Shown in pieces: positions 36,389 to 49,588 of a DNA stretch of 64,000 nucleotides. Position 1 is the first letter of the stretch. The number at the start of each line of letters is the position of its first letter. A program made the position numbers and the translations under genes. The notes beneath the pieces are model-generated. The model made no database searches, was not told the origin of the DNA, and saw only the letters and a list, made by a program, of their open reading frames with translations. The stretch is from Lophium mytilinum. Lineage: Eukaryota. The DNA lies in contig MU004181.1 of assembly GCA_010093605.1 (NCBI GenBank), positions 2,294,001 to 2,358,000 on the forward strand. The letters run 5' to 3'.

Positions 36389-39300
36389 CTACCCGTTGAT
36401 GATCTTGTGCTCTCGAAATGTGGTGATGAGCCTGGCGACGGCTCTGTGTCCCTCCTTCTTTGCTAACCCCGTCGCAATCTCGTATTGCGTGTCACCAGGC
36501 AAGCTATCCTCATCGTTATCACCATGGCATCTCCAGCCTGGATTCTTGCGTGGTTCCACGAAGGTATCCCAACATGACTCCTGAGCCGAACCATCCTGCT
36601 CTGGATTCTGATTTTCCCCCTGGCGTTCATGTTTCTTGTTCGGATATCGCAGAAGCTCTAAATCAGCACCAGCATTCAGCAACAGTTGAACCACATCGAG
36701 TCTACCATGTTCCGCAGCCAGTTCCAAAGCAGTCCTCGTTTCACGAAAGCGGTACGTCTTCTTATAGAAGCCATACGTCCATGTGCTTCTCCAGGCAAAA
36801 CCAGAAGATACAATATCGATGTCAGTTGTTACTCCTGGTTGGATCAGCATTCCGGCGATTCTGACATGCCCTCCACTGGCTGCTAGGTGCAGTGCCGTAA
36901 GTCCTCGAACACCTAAATGCCCGTGGACGTCGGCTCCAGCATTGAGAATGGTCTGAACCATCTCAGGATTACCAGTCTTCACAGCCTTCTGCAATGCAGT
37001 GAGATCTGCATTCTGTTCCTTATAATGATAGCGGCAGGGTCTGGCATTTACGTTGGCTTGGTAGCGTAGAAGGAGTCTGACTGCTTCTAAGTCTCCTCGA
37101 GAAATCGATCGTACCAAAGCTGTGATGCCGTACCCATTATCGAAGGGGATGTTTGGACTAGCGCCGCTGTCTAAGAGCATCTGGATTGCATTTGTGTGTT
37201 TGGAAGCGGCCATTTCTAGTGGCGTCGCAAAGCACTGGTACTCTTCGCTTCTTCCATCATAGTCGCAAATATGTCGGCGATTGAGAGCACCGCCAGCCTT
37301 CAAAAAAAAGTCAATCAGCTCGGTATTACAAGAGCCAATAGCCGCCAGGAGCGGTTGACCGTAAGAGTCGAACATTTCGTCGACATCCCTGCTCGTTGAA
37401 ATTGCTTGGAGAAGAATTCCCAAAGTATGCGTGTCTCGGTTGAAAACTGCAGTAGACAGAGCTCCAGGATCGATCGGCGTGGCGCCGAGCTCGAGAAGTC
37501 GGGTGATTGATGAGGTATCCATCATAAGGACTGCTTCTCTCAATGGACTACTACCTCCGGAGGATTTGTTTACGTTCGCGTTATTATTGAGGAGTAACTG
37601 AACGATATTATGACGCCCGTTTCTGATCGCGCAGATAAGGAGTGTGCTCTCACGGTTTCCACCGGCGAGATCTACATCCGTGCCCCTTTGTAGAAAGCTT
37701 TCGACCATCTCGAGGGGAACATGAATGTCTTCGTCTTGCATTGCCTCGAGGAGGCAGTGTCCGGGCGGATCTGTGATTCTTCCTAGGATGAAACGAAATA
37801 TTTCCAGCTCATCGCATTCGATTGACGTTTGGAGAGCAATTTCTTCACACTCCTCGAGTACACCAGCGTCCAAAACCCTGTCTAGTATCAATTGAACAAG
37901 CCAGAGTTTACCCGTTCTCACAGCGTCTTGCAAAAGGCTGGGATCGTCATATGCTACTCCCGAGCCGAGAAGTACTCGAATGAAGACATCATTGTCGGTG
38001 TTGATTGCCGCTTGCAGTGGTGTTCTAAAGCTATAGCCCCTTTGAACAGTAGGTTTGGTGTTGGCACCGAGACCAAGAAGGTAGACTACCATGTCCAACT
38101 CCTCGTTCTTAATGTACTTAATGAGGGCAGTCTCTTCCCGCCAATCAACAGAGTCAATATCAGCACCAGCCTTGAGAAGCTCTTCAACAAGACTTTTATT
38201 TCCTGTCTCGGCTGCCGTGGGAAGAACCCCGCGGAGAACACCGTCAAAGCCTTCAAAGTTGAGGCGTGCTCCCGCGCCCCTGAGGAGTCCGATTAGAACT
38301 GCATGATCCTTCTGAATGGCCAATTCGAGTGCACACTCTGTGGAGGCGAACTCCGTTTCGTAGTAAGAGTTGACGTCTGAGCCTGCGCGAAGAAGAATCT
38401 GGACAACTTCTAAGTTACCACATTCCACCGCAGCTTCTAAAGGAGACATCTTGTCGTAAACTCTCAAGTTGACATCGACGTTTTCTGCAACTAGCAGTTT
38501 CACCAAGCCGACCTGCCCAGTACGTATTCCCGCTCGTAGAGCATATGATAAGACCTCGGATCGCCGTTCCATATTGCTTGAAACATACATGATGAGTAAT
38601 CTGATGAGCTCATCAATGTTGCGCATCGAAACCAACTTCTCGACGTGATTAAATTTGATGAGATGTTCAATATCGAAGTCCATTCCAGCAATTAAGCATC
38701 GGATCAGTTTTACGTTCGCAGTTTTCAAAGCGGGCTCCCAAATTGCTTCAGCCAAGGCGCACATAGTAGGTTCTTTAGATCTAAGCAGCCTTTCGAAGTG
38801 CTTGAGGTTGTCTGGGACACAGCACCACCGCAAAGCTAGTTCCTCGTAGGGGTTTCTCGCACCATAAGCGAAAGGTAGAAACTTGTTGGATAGAACGTAG
38901 ACAGCTAGTTTGAGGAGATGGAAAGAGCTCGGCCTCGATTCAGTGAGGCATGATTCTCTCGACATGTAATCAGGGCCGACGTCATACTCTTCTGGCGGTT
39001 TGACAGCTGCACCGCTGTCTCGGACTTCACTTCGTTTGTGATGGTGGATGAGTTGCGAGAGTGTGTCTTCCTGGAACACCCCGGTGCAGTTGTTGTTCGA
39101 ATTTGTGGTGAATGCGGAAGAAGGAGCGAATTCGGAAATAGCAGTTAAGTTCAGCCACGTCTGAAACCTAACACAAGGTAAGACGAAGATGTTATCCGCG
39201 ATGAGTGTGTCGACGATTTCGGAATGTGGTGTACGAATCGCGACCCCAAGCGGTGTTTTGGGAGAAGGAGCTGTAAACAAGTAAGCCGAGAACATGCTAA

Positions 39301-39816
39301 TGTGACAAATTCTCGCCATATATCTGTGTACGCGCATTCGCCACTTCCCGATCTACTACTATGCCTCCTCTTGAACAACGGATTGTAGTATACAAGTTGT
39401 TGACCCAACACAGTAGGTATGTACGGATAACATACCTGATATGAATAGGTCGGTAGCAGAGACATAGGCACAGGGTCGAGTGATTGCTTTCTTGACCTTT
39501 TGCGGAGACACAAGTTCACCATCCATGTACACTTCACTCTCCTTGCCTTCTCTTTTCCGCTTTCGTAGCTTGTGGCCGATCGCTTTCCATTGATCCGACT
39601 TCTTGTATTTCTTGAGCTGCCATAATTTGAACTGGGACTCGTATTGACTCTTCCTAGGATACCGTGAGCACTTTGACCTCAGTACCGCCAAAATCTGGTA
39701 CCTTACGTTGCATTAAACTTTTTCTCTTTACTCATGAATTCCATCACCTCCTTCAGAGTATGTGATACGTAAAAGTCCTTTATGGTCTCCTTGTGGAGCT
39801 CCCAAGGAAGCGACAT
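36389..39816 (-). CDS. Clr5-domain + multi-ankyrin-repeat protein
   Basis: Exon 1 MSLPWELHKETIKDFYVSHTLKEVMEFM..KFNAT; exon 2 KSQYESQFKLWQLKKY (Clr5 signature); then APSPKTP and more than 10 ankyrin repeats (TALQKAVKTGN, TALHLAASGGH, TALELAAEHGRLDVVQLLL). Confidence 0.9.
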
Positions 39817-39993
39817 GGCGAAAGGCTGCGGGTCTGCAAAGAAGTCTTTAGGACGATAGAATAGAAAGCCAGGTAAGAAGACGCTCTTCTAAGCGAACGT
39901 CTTGCATCTCAGAGGGGCCGGTGCCCTTCTTTTGAAGTGCGGCACCACTGCAGCAAGGCTGAGGTAAATCCTTCCACGGGCGTAATGCACGAG

Positions 39994-40173
39994 GATTTGG
40001 GCTCCGACCAATGAAACCTGACCCTGGCATACTCTATGCATGCAGGGGCAGAACCGTGCACAGCAGATACGGTGAAGAGCCCCGGAAGTGGAACGAGGCG
40101 ACCCTCGCCGTGGAGGACAGGACACAGGAAAGCCCGAAAGCCTCAAAGCCTCTCATTGGGCGGAGCCCAAATC
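39994..40173. repeat. 21-bp inverted repeat (20/21 identity, CCAAT-containing) in a divergent promoter
   Basis: gatttgggctccgaccaatga (39994-40014) and tcattgggcggagcccaaatc (40153-40173). Confidence 0.85.
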
Positions 40174-40622
40174 TTTGCGAGCACGTCCAATGTTTCAGTC
40201 GCCGCAAAACTTGGCAATCTTACGTAGCTTGACGGTTTCCACCCGCTCGGGCCGCTGTCGCTTCAGCCGTGTGTATGATATTGGGTGTTGCCAAAATCTT
40301 GCATAGCGCCAATTCGTACCGCCTCAATCGTGCAAACCCTGGGCTGTTCCCATTGGGCCACCCCAGAATCTCGTTACATTCTGAAGGTCTGAGCGGAGAG
40401 CCTTAAGCAAGCTATAGTGCTAGCGAAGGCACATCTGCTTCGCCTTCGCAAGCTGAAGATGATTGGCCCATGCCAGAATCCTCATCGGGGGATATGTCTG
40501 GAGTTTCTTGAAAAGGGTTCGAATGACAAAACCTTCTCCTCATCCATTCTCAAGAGTCAACCTTCTTTCGTTCCGATCAACCTGAGCCCACGACCAGCGA
40601 CTACTCAACAGTCTCGCAGCCC

Positions 40623-40937
40623 ATGGCGTTGTCCATAGAAGCTTTGATAGGTCTCTTGACCCTGCTCGTCACTTGCCCTCCGTCTATTCTGGTTGCTTGC
40701 CGGTTCTTCCAACGTCGACGACAAAATAGCGAAACGACGGGTTAGTCTATTTCATTCCTCTGAAAGAAATAACAGCTAACACAGTTTCCACCAGCATCAG
40801 CCGGTATTCAGCAGCAGCAGCTGTACACATGCCAGACATTTGCCTACACGCGTCGTCAAACAATCACGATGGACAACATCGAGACGTATATCGAGGCGGG
40901 AACGTTGGGCCAATCGACCGGTTTGATGATCGATTAA
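40623..40937 (+). CDS. Unannotated single-pass membrane microprotein (~85 aa)
   Basis: MALSIEALIGLLTLLVTCPPSILVACRFFQRRRQ (hydrophobic helix then basic stop-transfer); intron 40741-40794 (GTTAGT..CTAAC..CAG); exon 2 ends ...TYIEAGTLGQSTGLMID*. Not in the ORF track because it is split. Confidence 0.65.
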
Positions 40938-41442
40938 GTCCGCCTGCGTATGGACGGAAGAATATACCAGAAGAAGTGCTTTCATGCTAGGCAGTGGGTA
41001 ACCCAGTCGGTTGTCGACATAGTATATCAATTTGGTTTGCCGGAGGTGGTAGACTTGTGGTGAACCTCATGTATTGTAGAGCAGCGTTAGCGGGTATTTG
41101 AGGATGCAGAGTCAACATACACGCACCTCTGCAAGATGAATAGCACCCTGTCACGATCGATCTTGTAGCTCCCTATGTCCTGAAAGTGGTACTTCTCTTA
41201 CGCATCTGGAAGCTCGAGTTAACGAGACGAGCGTGGCTTTGATGTCGATGAATCCCAGGCATAGAACGCTCGTCACACGACCATTATAGTAGACACCATG
41301 GAACTGGAAAGGATGAAGATTAATATCAACAACCGGCGACACCGTGTTGCACCCAAAACACCATACCTAGTCCGGCCACCTAGACACGCAATCATTATAG
41401 CTAAGAAGACTCTTCGTTATTCAACGTGCCCGCCCACGTACC

Positions 41443-43358
41443 TTACCTCCAGTTAGCCAGGGCCAACAATCCTTCCACACAACCTAATTCTTCGCCACTG
41501 GAGACACTGCGTACGCTAGAGGTGCCTTTACTACCCATGAACGAAGCAATCTCCTCATCATCGTCCGGACAAACACTCTCTCCCTCCACACCTTTGCTCT
41601 TCCGATTCGCCTTCAGTCTTTTTTCTCGATCCATCATTGCACCAATACTGCTGCTCTGGCTCAAAATCTCCGTGTTCTCGCCTAGGATTTGTCGTGATCG
41701 ACGTTGGAATGCGGGCTGTGTCTGAGGGCCTTTCGCAGGACTAGCATTCTGAGCCGGGTCTTCAGGCTCCCAATTTTCCTTGTCGGACTCGGTCTGGGGC
41801 ATTTCGAAGTCGTTCTCGTTGCCTTCGCCTTTTCTCTTCGACTTCGCTAATCCAGGCTCATTCGATCTTGATTGTAGCCGACCATATGTTGTGGACGCTC
41901 GGACCAGACCCTTTTTGGCAATCGTTCCATCCTGCTTCGCTCTTTTCTTCGAATTCTCTCGCGATAATAATGGGGTGTTTGTCCTATTTGGATTGGATCG
42001 GAGTGCTCCTTTGCTGTTTGCTCGAATCAAGCTGATGGCATCTGCTGCCGAGCCACTTCCTTCTTGGTCAGCCTTCTCCGTTAAGGAACTCCTAGCATCT
42101 GCATCGCACCAGAACTCCCAGGCTCGCGAGTCACGAGATCGTCCAACAGATGTTCGAGCGAATTTATTCGGTGGTCCTTGGGCACTGGCTTCTGCGAATT
42201 TATCATATAGACCAGTCGCACTGTAGCTTCGTCGGAGCCCAGCAGAGCGTCCCTCGAAGACAGCTGGAGGGAGCTGACGGGACTTCGGCGGTGATGGCGA
42301 TTCGTCGGCATCCGTGACTACACGAGCCTTCCCATCAACGGTCATGGAAAGGCGTACATACGAACGCGTGCGCTTCAAGCCACGGGTCGCATTTTGCGAC
42401 AGGTCCGGAACTGCATTCACAGGTATTGGTCCGGGCAAATCGGTTTCCTGACTCTTGATGAACGATGCGCTACGTCTATTCGCAAGATATCCTGGTCGTA
42501 GTCCTTGGGCGGACTCCTGGGATGACGGTATAGGTTGTGAACCAGGTAGATCTGTTGGCGCTGCGTCGCACGACTGCGGACCTGTTGGCTGCACGTCGGC
42601 TGCATCTGCGATTTGCGATTCTAGTTCCACAATTTGTTGTGTTTGTGAGAGCTGTAGACTTGTGTCTACACCCCCAGAGGAAGTAGTTGTGGTTGTGGGT
42701 GGGGGCAGATTCGCAGGCTCGGGAGCGGTCTGCGCACTAACCATCTCTTCAGTACTGTGTTCTTGCATGTCATCGTCACGGTCTACGGCAACTTGCAGAC
42801 TGGGCGACATGGTTGCGGGTTGAGGGCCGTCGGAACTTGGGTCTGACGAAGAGTACAGGTCATACGTCTGGGCGGGCTGGGATCTCCGGCGGTCGTTCTG
42901 GCGTTTATTCTGAAACCAGATCTAAGTGGTGGTTAGTCATGCGATATTCAAGCCCGTAGATAGTAACTGACCTGGACTTCCTTCTCTCCAAGTGCGACTC
43001 GACGGACTATATCTAGGCGCGTCGCTTTGTCTGGCTTCGGGTTCCGCTGGTATTCTGCCTTCAATATGTCCTCATCTTCTTTGCTGTGGGCGAGTATGTA
43101 AGCATTGAACGTGTGGGGTACTTCGGACGCGAGCAGCGCCAGCAACTACGCGTCGGCGAGTTGCCGACCGTCAACAATAGCAACGTACCTGGTGCGGCGA
43201 CGCTTTTGACGGGCCAGCGGTTTGTTGTCCACGTCGGGAGGAAGGTTGTTTTGCACGGTATTGGGGGAATGGACCAGGAAAGCAAGGCTGCCTGAGGACG
43301 GACTAGAGCGTCTGCCGCAATTGGAGGCAGATGAGGGGGTGGAAGAACTGTCGCTCAT
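41443..43358 (-). CDS. Homeodomain transcription factor, Yox1-like
   Basis: RQKRRRT|SKEDEDILKAEYQRNPKPDKATRLDIVRRVALGEKEVQ|IWFQNKRQNDRRR across two introns; C-terminal CVEGLLALA. Confidence 0.9.
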
Positions 43359-45784
43359 GGTAGTCGCGCAGAACAGGTAAAGATATGTTCAAACGATTGC
43401 GTTATTCTGAGCGTCTGGAGGTGGTAGAGCATGGAATGTTGTGAGGCTGGGGGTGGAGATCGATCTTGAGGCGCGTCTTTACGCGCCGCGGGACTCGCTT
43501 CGGTCCGCAACGGCGTGGGCAAGACGCAATCTGTGTGCCCGGACTCTTTTTTATGCACCGTTCATTGCGCTGCACGGAGCCAGGAATAAATAGAGTGCTG
43601 CTGCCCTTCCTCACTTCAGCACATTGAACGGCCCTCCAACTGGAGTATGGCTAGAGGGTAGATATGAAACATGTCAATTGTAATCTCAGCTGCAGCACAC
43701 AACAGTTAGCAGGCAAGTCCCGTCGCTGGACGAATACAAACCACGTACCTGACTTGTGCTGGAGCTGCCGTAGGTCACTGTTTCTTTCACGATCTCGGCA
43801 CGGTTGCACGTGATCGAGGCCTTGGCGCGCCAGAACAGCGCCCGCCCTCCTCACTTCTGCACACCCCGCCCGCTCCACCCCTCACGGTACTGCAGGTAAC
43901 TTCGGGCCTTTCGACTCACACACAGCGTTGGCAGAACAATAGACCGGCCCGGCTAGATCGGTCGAGCTGAGAGCCCGCAGTCTTGTAGGCAGCACTGGGC
44001 CCGCCTTTTCTCCTTGGCTTGGCGCCTTAGCCGTAAGATCGGGCTGAAGTTGCGCAATGAAAGCCGTTACGCTCCCTTGAAAACGACTGACTGTGCTGCT
44101 CATCTGACTTTGTACTTGCGTAAGTCCTTCAATGTTGAGTAGAACGAGTTCCTTCTTGCCCTGTTCAGGTCCTCCTGTCCCGCCGTGACCGGTAGCCTTT
44201 CGTTCACCTATCTTGTCCAGGCGGATGCCTTGTCTACTTCTCATCTTACCTTTTTCCATCTTCGGTCAGCCTGAAGCCTGTTCGTAGCTTCAATCCTCTG
44301 CCTAGCTTGCCTTCTTAGTCGCGCGTTTACTCCAAGAAACTGCCGCGAGCCATGCTCAACAGCCACTCCTACCATGCGGGGATGCTTTTACCGATGGGCG
44401 GGCACCCGGATCTCCTTGATCACAGGCCCACTAGCCGCCGCGGTCGGCTTGGGACTGCCGGAGCGGATTCCTTGGGTCCAACGAGCTTTTAGCATCTTTC
44501 TCTCTTCACCGGATGTCGGCTGGCCCCCATCTCTCTCCTTCGACTCACAGCGCCGGGCCGCGAGTCTGTTCGGGATTTTAAAGTGAACGGGCATACTGCT
44601 GAAATTGCCCCAATGTTTTCTTGTTGGTGGCTCTTGGCCCCAACCCGGCTCCTTCATCTCTATGGGCGCCACCAGATCGACTCCCTGGTATTAGACTCAT
44701 TTGGGCATCGATATGCTAGTCTCATTTCATGGAATGCGCCATTGACGGGCGAGATCAGTTGAAAGGCGAGCTGCAAGATGGAACTAGGGCTGAAACGTCC
44801 CGCATCGCGCCGCTCTCGCACACCATCTTAGCATTCCCCTGCGTTCGAATATTCGCTTTGCAAGCCTCGCGTGGGCGCTCTGAAAGCCTTATATGTGATT
44901 CGATTGGTTCAAATGACAAGCCATGTGGATACTGCGGTGGAACTGTTAAGCAACGGTCGCACTTCGTCAATAAGGCCCGAGCCGCAGTTCACGCCTAGAT
45001 CATCCTTCAGAAAGCAAAGACTAGGCATCAGGAGCACCTGTCGCTCCGTCCATAGTTGTTGCGGTCAGGAGGTCCCCACTCCACCATACATCCGTCATTC
45101 TGCACCTAGGCGACGTGATAGTGCGTTTCTCCTGCAAGTGGGGGCTGCGAATCAGAGTATAAGATTAGGGGTAGGACGGCTTCCAAGGAGCGGAAGAGGC
45201 GTTGAATCAAGGCAACCGCACGTTTTTGCACCAGGTTGTTTCTACAGTGACCGTTCTCCTGACCGTACCGGTCGAGTTTCCGACAATCCTTGGTGTTCCG
45301 AGCAGCTGCTGGCCAGTGAATTCTTCTGCTTCCACAACTTTACTAATACATCCTCAGGTTATATCATCGTACGCTATGTCAAGGCAGGCGGGCCTTGGCT
45401 TCTCGCTGCCTCGATTGGCTGCTTCTTTTTACTACTCTCATCTGTCACCCTCCCCTATCCATATCAAGGCCTGCTTCCCGGCCTTTCTGTTATCCGCAAA
45501 TGTACTAGCCCTCCTTTCCAGTGGCCCGGAGCTATCATATGCTATTCAACCCCCCTCACCGTTCACTCCAAGAACCCTGTGAGTCACGGGAAGCTGTCAC
45601 TTTGCGCAACAGTTGAAGGTGTCAGAGTGTCATCGTACCCTACCTTCGCCCTGAGGCTCATGCTGAAAAACTCTTCCCTGTCTGTACAACAGGCATAAAT
45701 GGAAGACCGTCGCAGAATCGTCGAGCATTACCTTTAAAGAGCAGACACGTTGAGCACACGGCCGCTCAATATACGGGAGCAACT

Positions 45785-46857
45785 ATGTCCACGATGCGAA
45801 TAGCAGTAGCAGGAACCTGTGGCTTAGCCAAAGTCATTTCCAGGATCATTCAGGAGCACACCAGTCATCAGCTGCTCGTTCTATCACGAACGGTAAGTCA
45901 TATTTCTGTCTAGGACTAGTCCGTGAGACGGTGCGATCAAAGCAGATTTCATTTTATCGTTACAAGTATGCTGATAGTGATAGCCTCAACCCACTCTCGC
46001 CTCACAGGGCTACCAGTGCCTAATCGTTGACTACAACGACCCATCCTCGATACATCATTCTTTGATGGGTGTAGACACTGTCATCTCCACTGTTACTGGT
46101 ACCCCTCAACTCAGGCTTATCGAAGCCGCTGTCCAAGCTCGTGTCCGTCGATTTGCTCCTGCCGAGTTCGAGGGACGTCCTTCTCTGCGCCTCGTGGGCG
46201 ACCCATTGGATCGTGGAAGGGCTGCTGCTTTAGCACTGCTCCAACACTACAGTCAGAATATCAAGTCCACGGTCTTCGTTTGCGGTGTCTTCTATGAGCG
46301 TTTTGCTGTTGGGGGTCTCGCATCCCTCGGAATTGGTATTAATTCAGGGGCCGGTGGTGAAGGAGACTACATTCTGGATGCTCGTAACATGACGGCTCAG
46401 GCTCCTGCGTACAACACTGCAGGCGGGTACACGAGCATTTCCATGACTTCAGTGTACGACGTTGGGCGATTCGTTGTAAGAGCTTTGGATATGATATTTT
46501 GGCCCGCTGAACTCACGATGTGCGGAGAAAGAGTTCTCGTATCTCAGTTGATCCAAACCGTCAGACAATGTAGAGGTACGTCTCTTGGTCGAGAAGTGAA
46601 AGCACCAGCTAATTCTATATCAAGGAAGGGACTTCGCACACGTCCAGTGGCACAATCCCGGGACACTCAACTACGAGTTGACTCTGGCACAGTTGGCTGG
46701 CGACCATGCGAGACAGAGACGCCTACAAGCACTCATCGCAACAGTAGAAGGACGATACGACTTTGCGTTGCCCGGCGCTCTCAATACCCAATTTCCCGAC
46801 ATACAGCCCGAACCCTTCCAAAACTGGTTCGCTCGGAATTGGGTTGGTGTCCCTTAG
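45785..46857 (+). CDS. NmrA-like / isoflavone-reductase family protein
   Basis: MRIAVAGTCGLAK...LLVLSR|...VDYND....LMGVDTVIST...RRFAPAEF; 2 introns. Start could be 45785 or 45794. Confidence 0.85.
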
Positions 46858-47953
46858 GACCCAAGCTGTGGGGTCTCGGCCCCTACCACATCAAAGCTCC
46901 GAGGACATGGTGGCGGAACGGCCTCGGGCATGTTGCACCCTTGTTATGGGTAAGTGTGGTAAGACGTCCACGCTGACGGCCATCGACTCCAATGTGGCTG
47001 TTCAGCTGAGTCTTACTATCTCGCCCCTACGAAGCCGCGATTGTGATATGTCTGGGGCGGCGGCATTGCTTATTCTCCCCTCTACATCGTATACTTAGAT
47101 AGTCTAGCAAGCGTTGGGCTCGATTGGGCTATGGAATTTCTATGGGTTTAATAGTTGGCATAGCAAGCGAGGAATAAGAGGCGTCTTAGGTAAAAACTAC
47201 TCTCACTTCTGTGGTCATTCTACGTTGACCAGCTTACGATCCATTATTTAATTGCGTAAATCGTGCTTCTTGCGAGACATTCGCTCGTCAGAGCGATATG
47301 TCTATTGCGAAACTTAGAGAACCTCTCGCCTCACCAGGTGTTCAGTCTACCCGTGTCTTCGAATTGGCCCCATAACCAACTATTTGATGTCGAGCTAGCA
47401 AATTAGAGGAAGGACTTCTTGTAAAAATTGAGATACTCATGGCAAGACACGCGCGATCTCGGGCATGCCAAGAAACGGGTGAGCTAACGACCATCGGGAC
47501 GATGAAAAGCCTCAACCTCTCAAACATGCCAGGATCATATCTCGGATCGCCGATTATGATCCCCCGCTGTGGCGAGAGATCCCATGTCCTTGCCATCGAA
47601 ATTTCGCGAGTGTTCCGTGCGCCACATGCGGAATGCCGATTCTCGATGTGACGTAAACGTGATCCACCATGCTCGACGTCAGGATGTTCGCATAAATACA
47701 GCTTGGAGCTTCGGAATCTGATACGAAATCAAAAACCTTTGAAAACACATTGCTTTACTTTTTGCAAACTTTTCTCCCTATCATCGTTCTTTCCAAACCT
47801 CAACTCGAAGTAAGTGTTCATTTGTTCAATCATTGAATAGTAATAACTACTTCCACGAGCTTCAACTTTTTGCCACCATTGATCTCCATATCTTACATAA
47901 TTTTCAAATCCAAACCATTGTAGCTAACCAAATAACCAGCCACAATACACACA

Positions 47954-48384
47954 ATGCCTTCCAAGCAAGAAATCATCGACGAGCGCAAGGCCAACCTTCC
48001 TCTCCCCGAGCAGCCACCTCAAGCTTCGGACTGGAACTCCTTGGACGAGCGAAACGTCAATGTCGGTTCTGGAGGTGTCTCAGCCGACATCTCAAGCTCT
48101 GATTCATTGAGGGGCCCCGCAACTGCGGACAGCGATGTCCGGGTCGATGGTGAGGAGTACAAATCCAACACTGCTGGCCGTGGTGCTGGCCGCGAGGGAC
48201 AAGATAATCTAGGAGGACTTCCGAATGATGCAGTTTCGAGAGACGCGAAGAACAAGTCGGCGACGGTGGATACGACCGGGAAAGATTACGGTAATACTCA
48301 CCAGCCGGCATTGTGGTAGATACATGTATTGACACAGAAACAGGCTACCCGCAGAAGAGCGACCCGAGCTCAGGGCTGCAGTAG
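47954..48384 (+). CDS. Small hydrophilic conserved fungal protein (stress/conidiation type)
   Basis: MPSKQEIIDERKANLPLPEQPPQASDWNS; intron 48292-48343; Gly/Asp/Ser-rich. Confidence 0.75.
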
Positions 48385-48825
48385 GCCGCCATTGAACTAC
48401 TTAGGAGCGTAAATGTTCACTCGGGAACTTCATGATGCTTGACTATCGAGACGGTTAGCAAGAGCTAGCCCTGCAAGCCTGTACATACAAATATCATTTT
48501 TTAACATTCAACTTAAAAATTTATCTCAATGACGTGATAGTGAAGCTTGTACGTGCTTGATCAGCCCTCATCAATACTGTTGATCGAACCCACCCATTCT
48601 CGGTAGTATCTCCAATTTCTAGGGGTCTTACCCGTAGCGTGTGGCGTGCTCCCGCAGTGCATTCATCAACCCAAAAAGTGGACCGGTGATGTCATGTCAA
48701 CGACACCAGCGATAGCTCTTGATAACTTCTCCTCGAACGTCGTCAACGTACAATAATTCGAAATCCTCCTCTTGAAAGTCAAATCATTCAATTCAAACCC
48801 AAACTTACCCCAGATCACAATCATC

Positions 48826-49588
48826 ATGTCTTCATATGGAACAAAGGTAGATTGACAGTCTTCATTTGCCTAGGGTCGACATCTTACCTCTGAGACAAAG
48901 CTGACACTTTCAAAAGGTCACGAATGACCCATCCGCCAGCGATATCCAAGAGGCCGTGGGAACTGTCACATCTGACTCTCTCGCCGCCGAATCGCTGAAG
49001 GGCGACGGCCACTTTGCCGAAGGCAACCCAAAAGCTGCAGCAAGCTCGCAAAAGAGCCAAGGCAGCACAGCAAACAACCGCGACACTTCTGGCGCCACTA
49101 CCCTCGATGCCGCTCCCGATGCGGAAGCTCGCGAAGCACAAGAGGAGTGGAGCGAGACTTCGCAACTGAACGCCGGCCGTGGACTCGGGAAAGAGGCAGG
49201 ACGAGGTCCTTCATACAACACTCCAGCCGATGATGCACGCAACAACAGCGGAAGCGGAACTGGAGAGTACAACACCACCACTGGTGGCAGTGGTGGGATT
49301 GATCAAGCCCCGACGGGCGGGTATGCGGGCTCGGCGGAGCTAGCTCGCGATCAGGGCGAGTTCAGGCCGCATGGCAAGAACATCACCGAGGGTGGCTTTG
49401 ATAGCGGGGCACCGAATGCGAGCTTCAATCAAGAGATTGGAGGGAGCAAGGATCCAGGACGCCTTGCGGAGGCTAAGTTCCAGAATCAGAATGCGCAGAG
49501 TGGAAATGACGGCGGCAGTGGGCCGAGACAGTCTGAAGTGACTGGCGATGGGCAGTATGATACGCTGAGTAGAGAAGAGGATGCTTAG
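48826..49588 (+). CDS. Gly-rich hydrophilin-like conserved fungal protein
   Basis: MSSYGTK + intron 48847-48916 + ...SDSLAAES...PHGKNITEGGFDSGAPNASFNQEIGGSKDPGRLAE. Confidence 0.78.

Noticed and set aside
44871..45698. 275-aa ORF in the Yox1-NmrA intergenic region
   Set aside because: Non-ATG start, no codon bias and no domain; probably a chance ORF.
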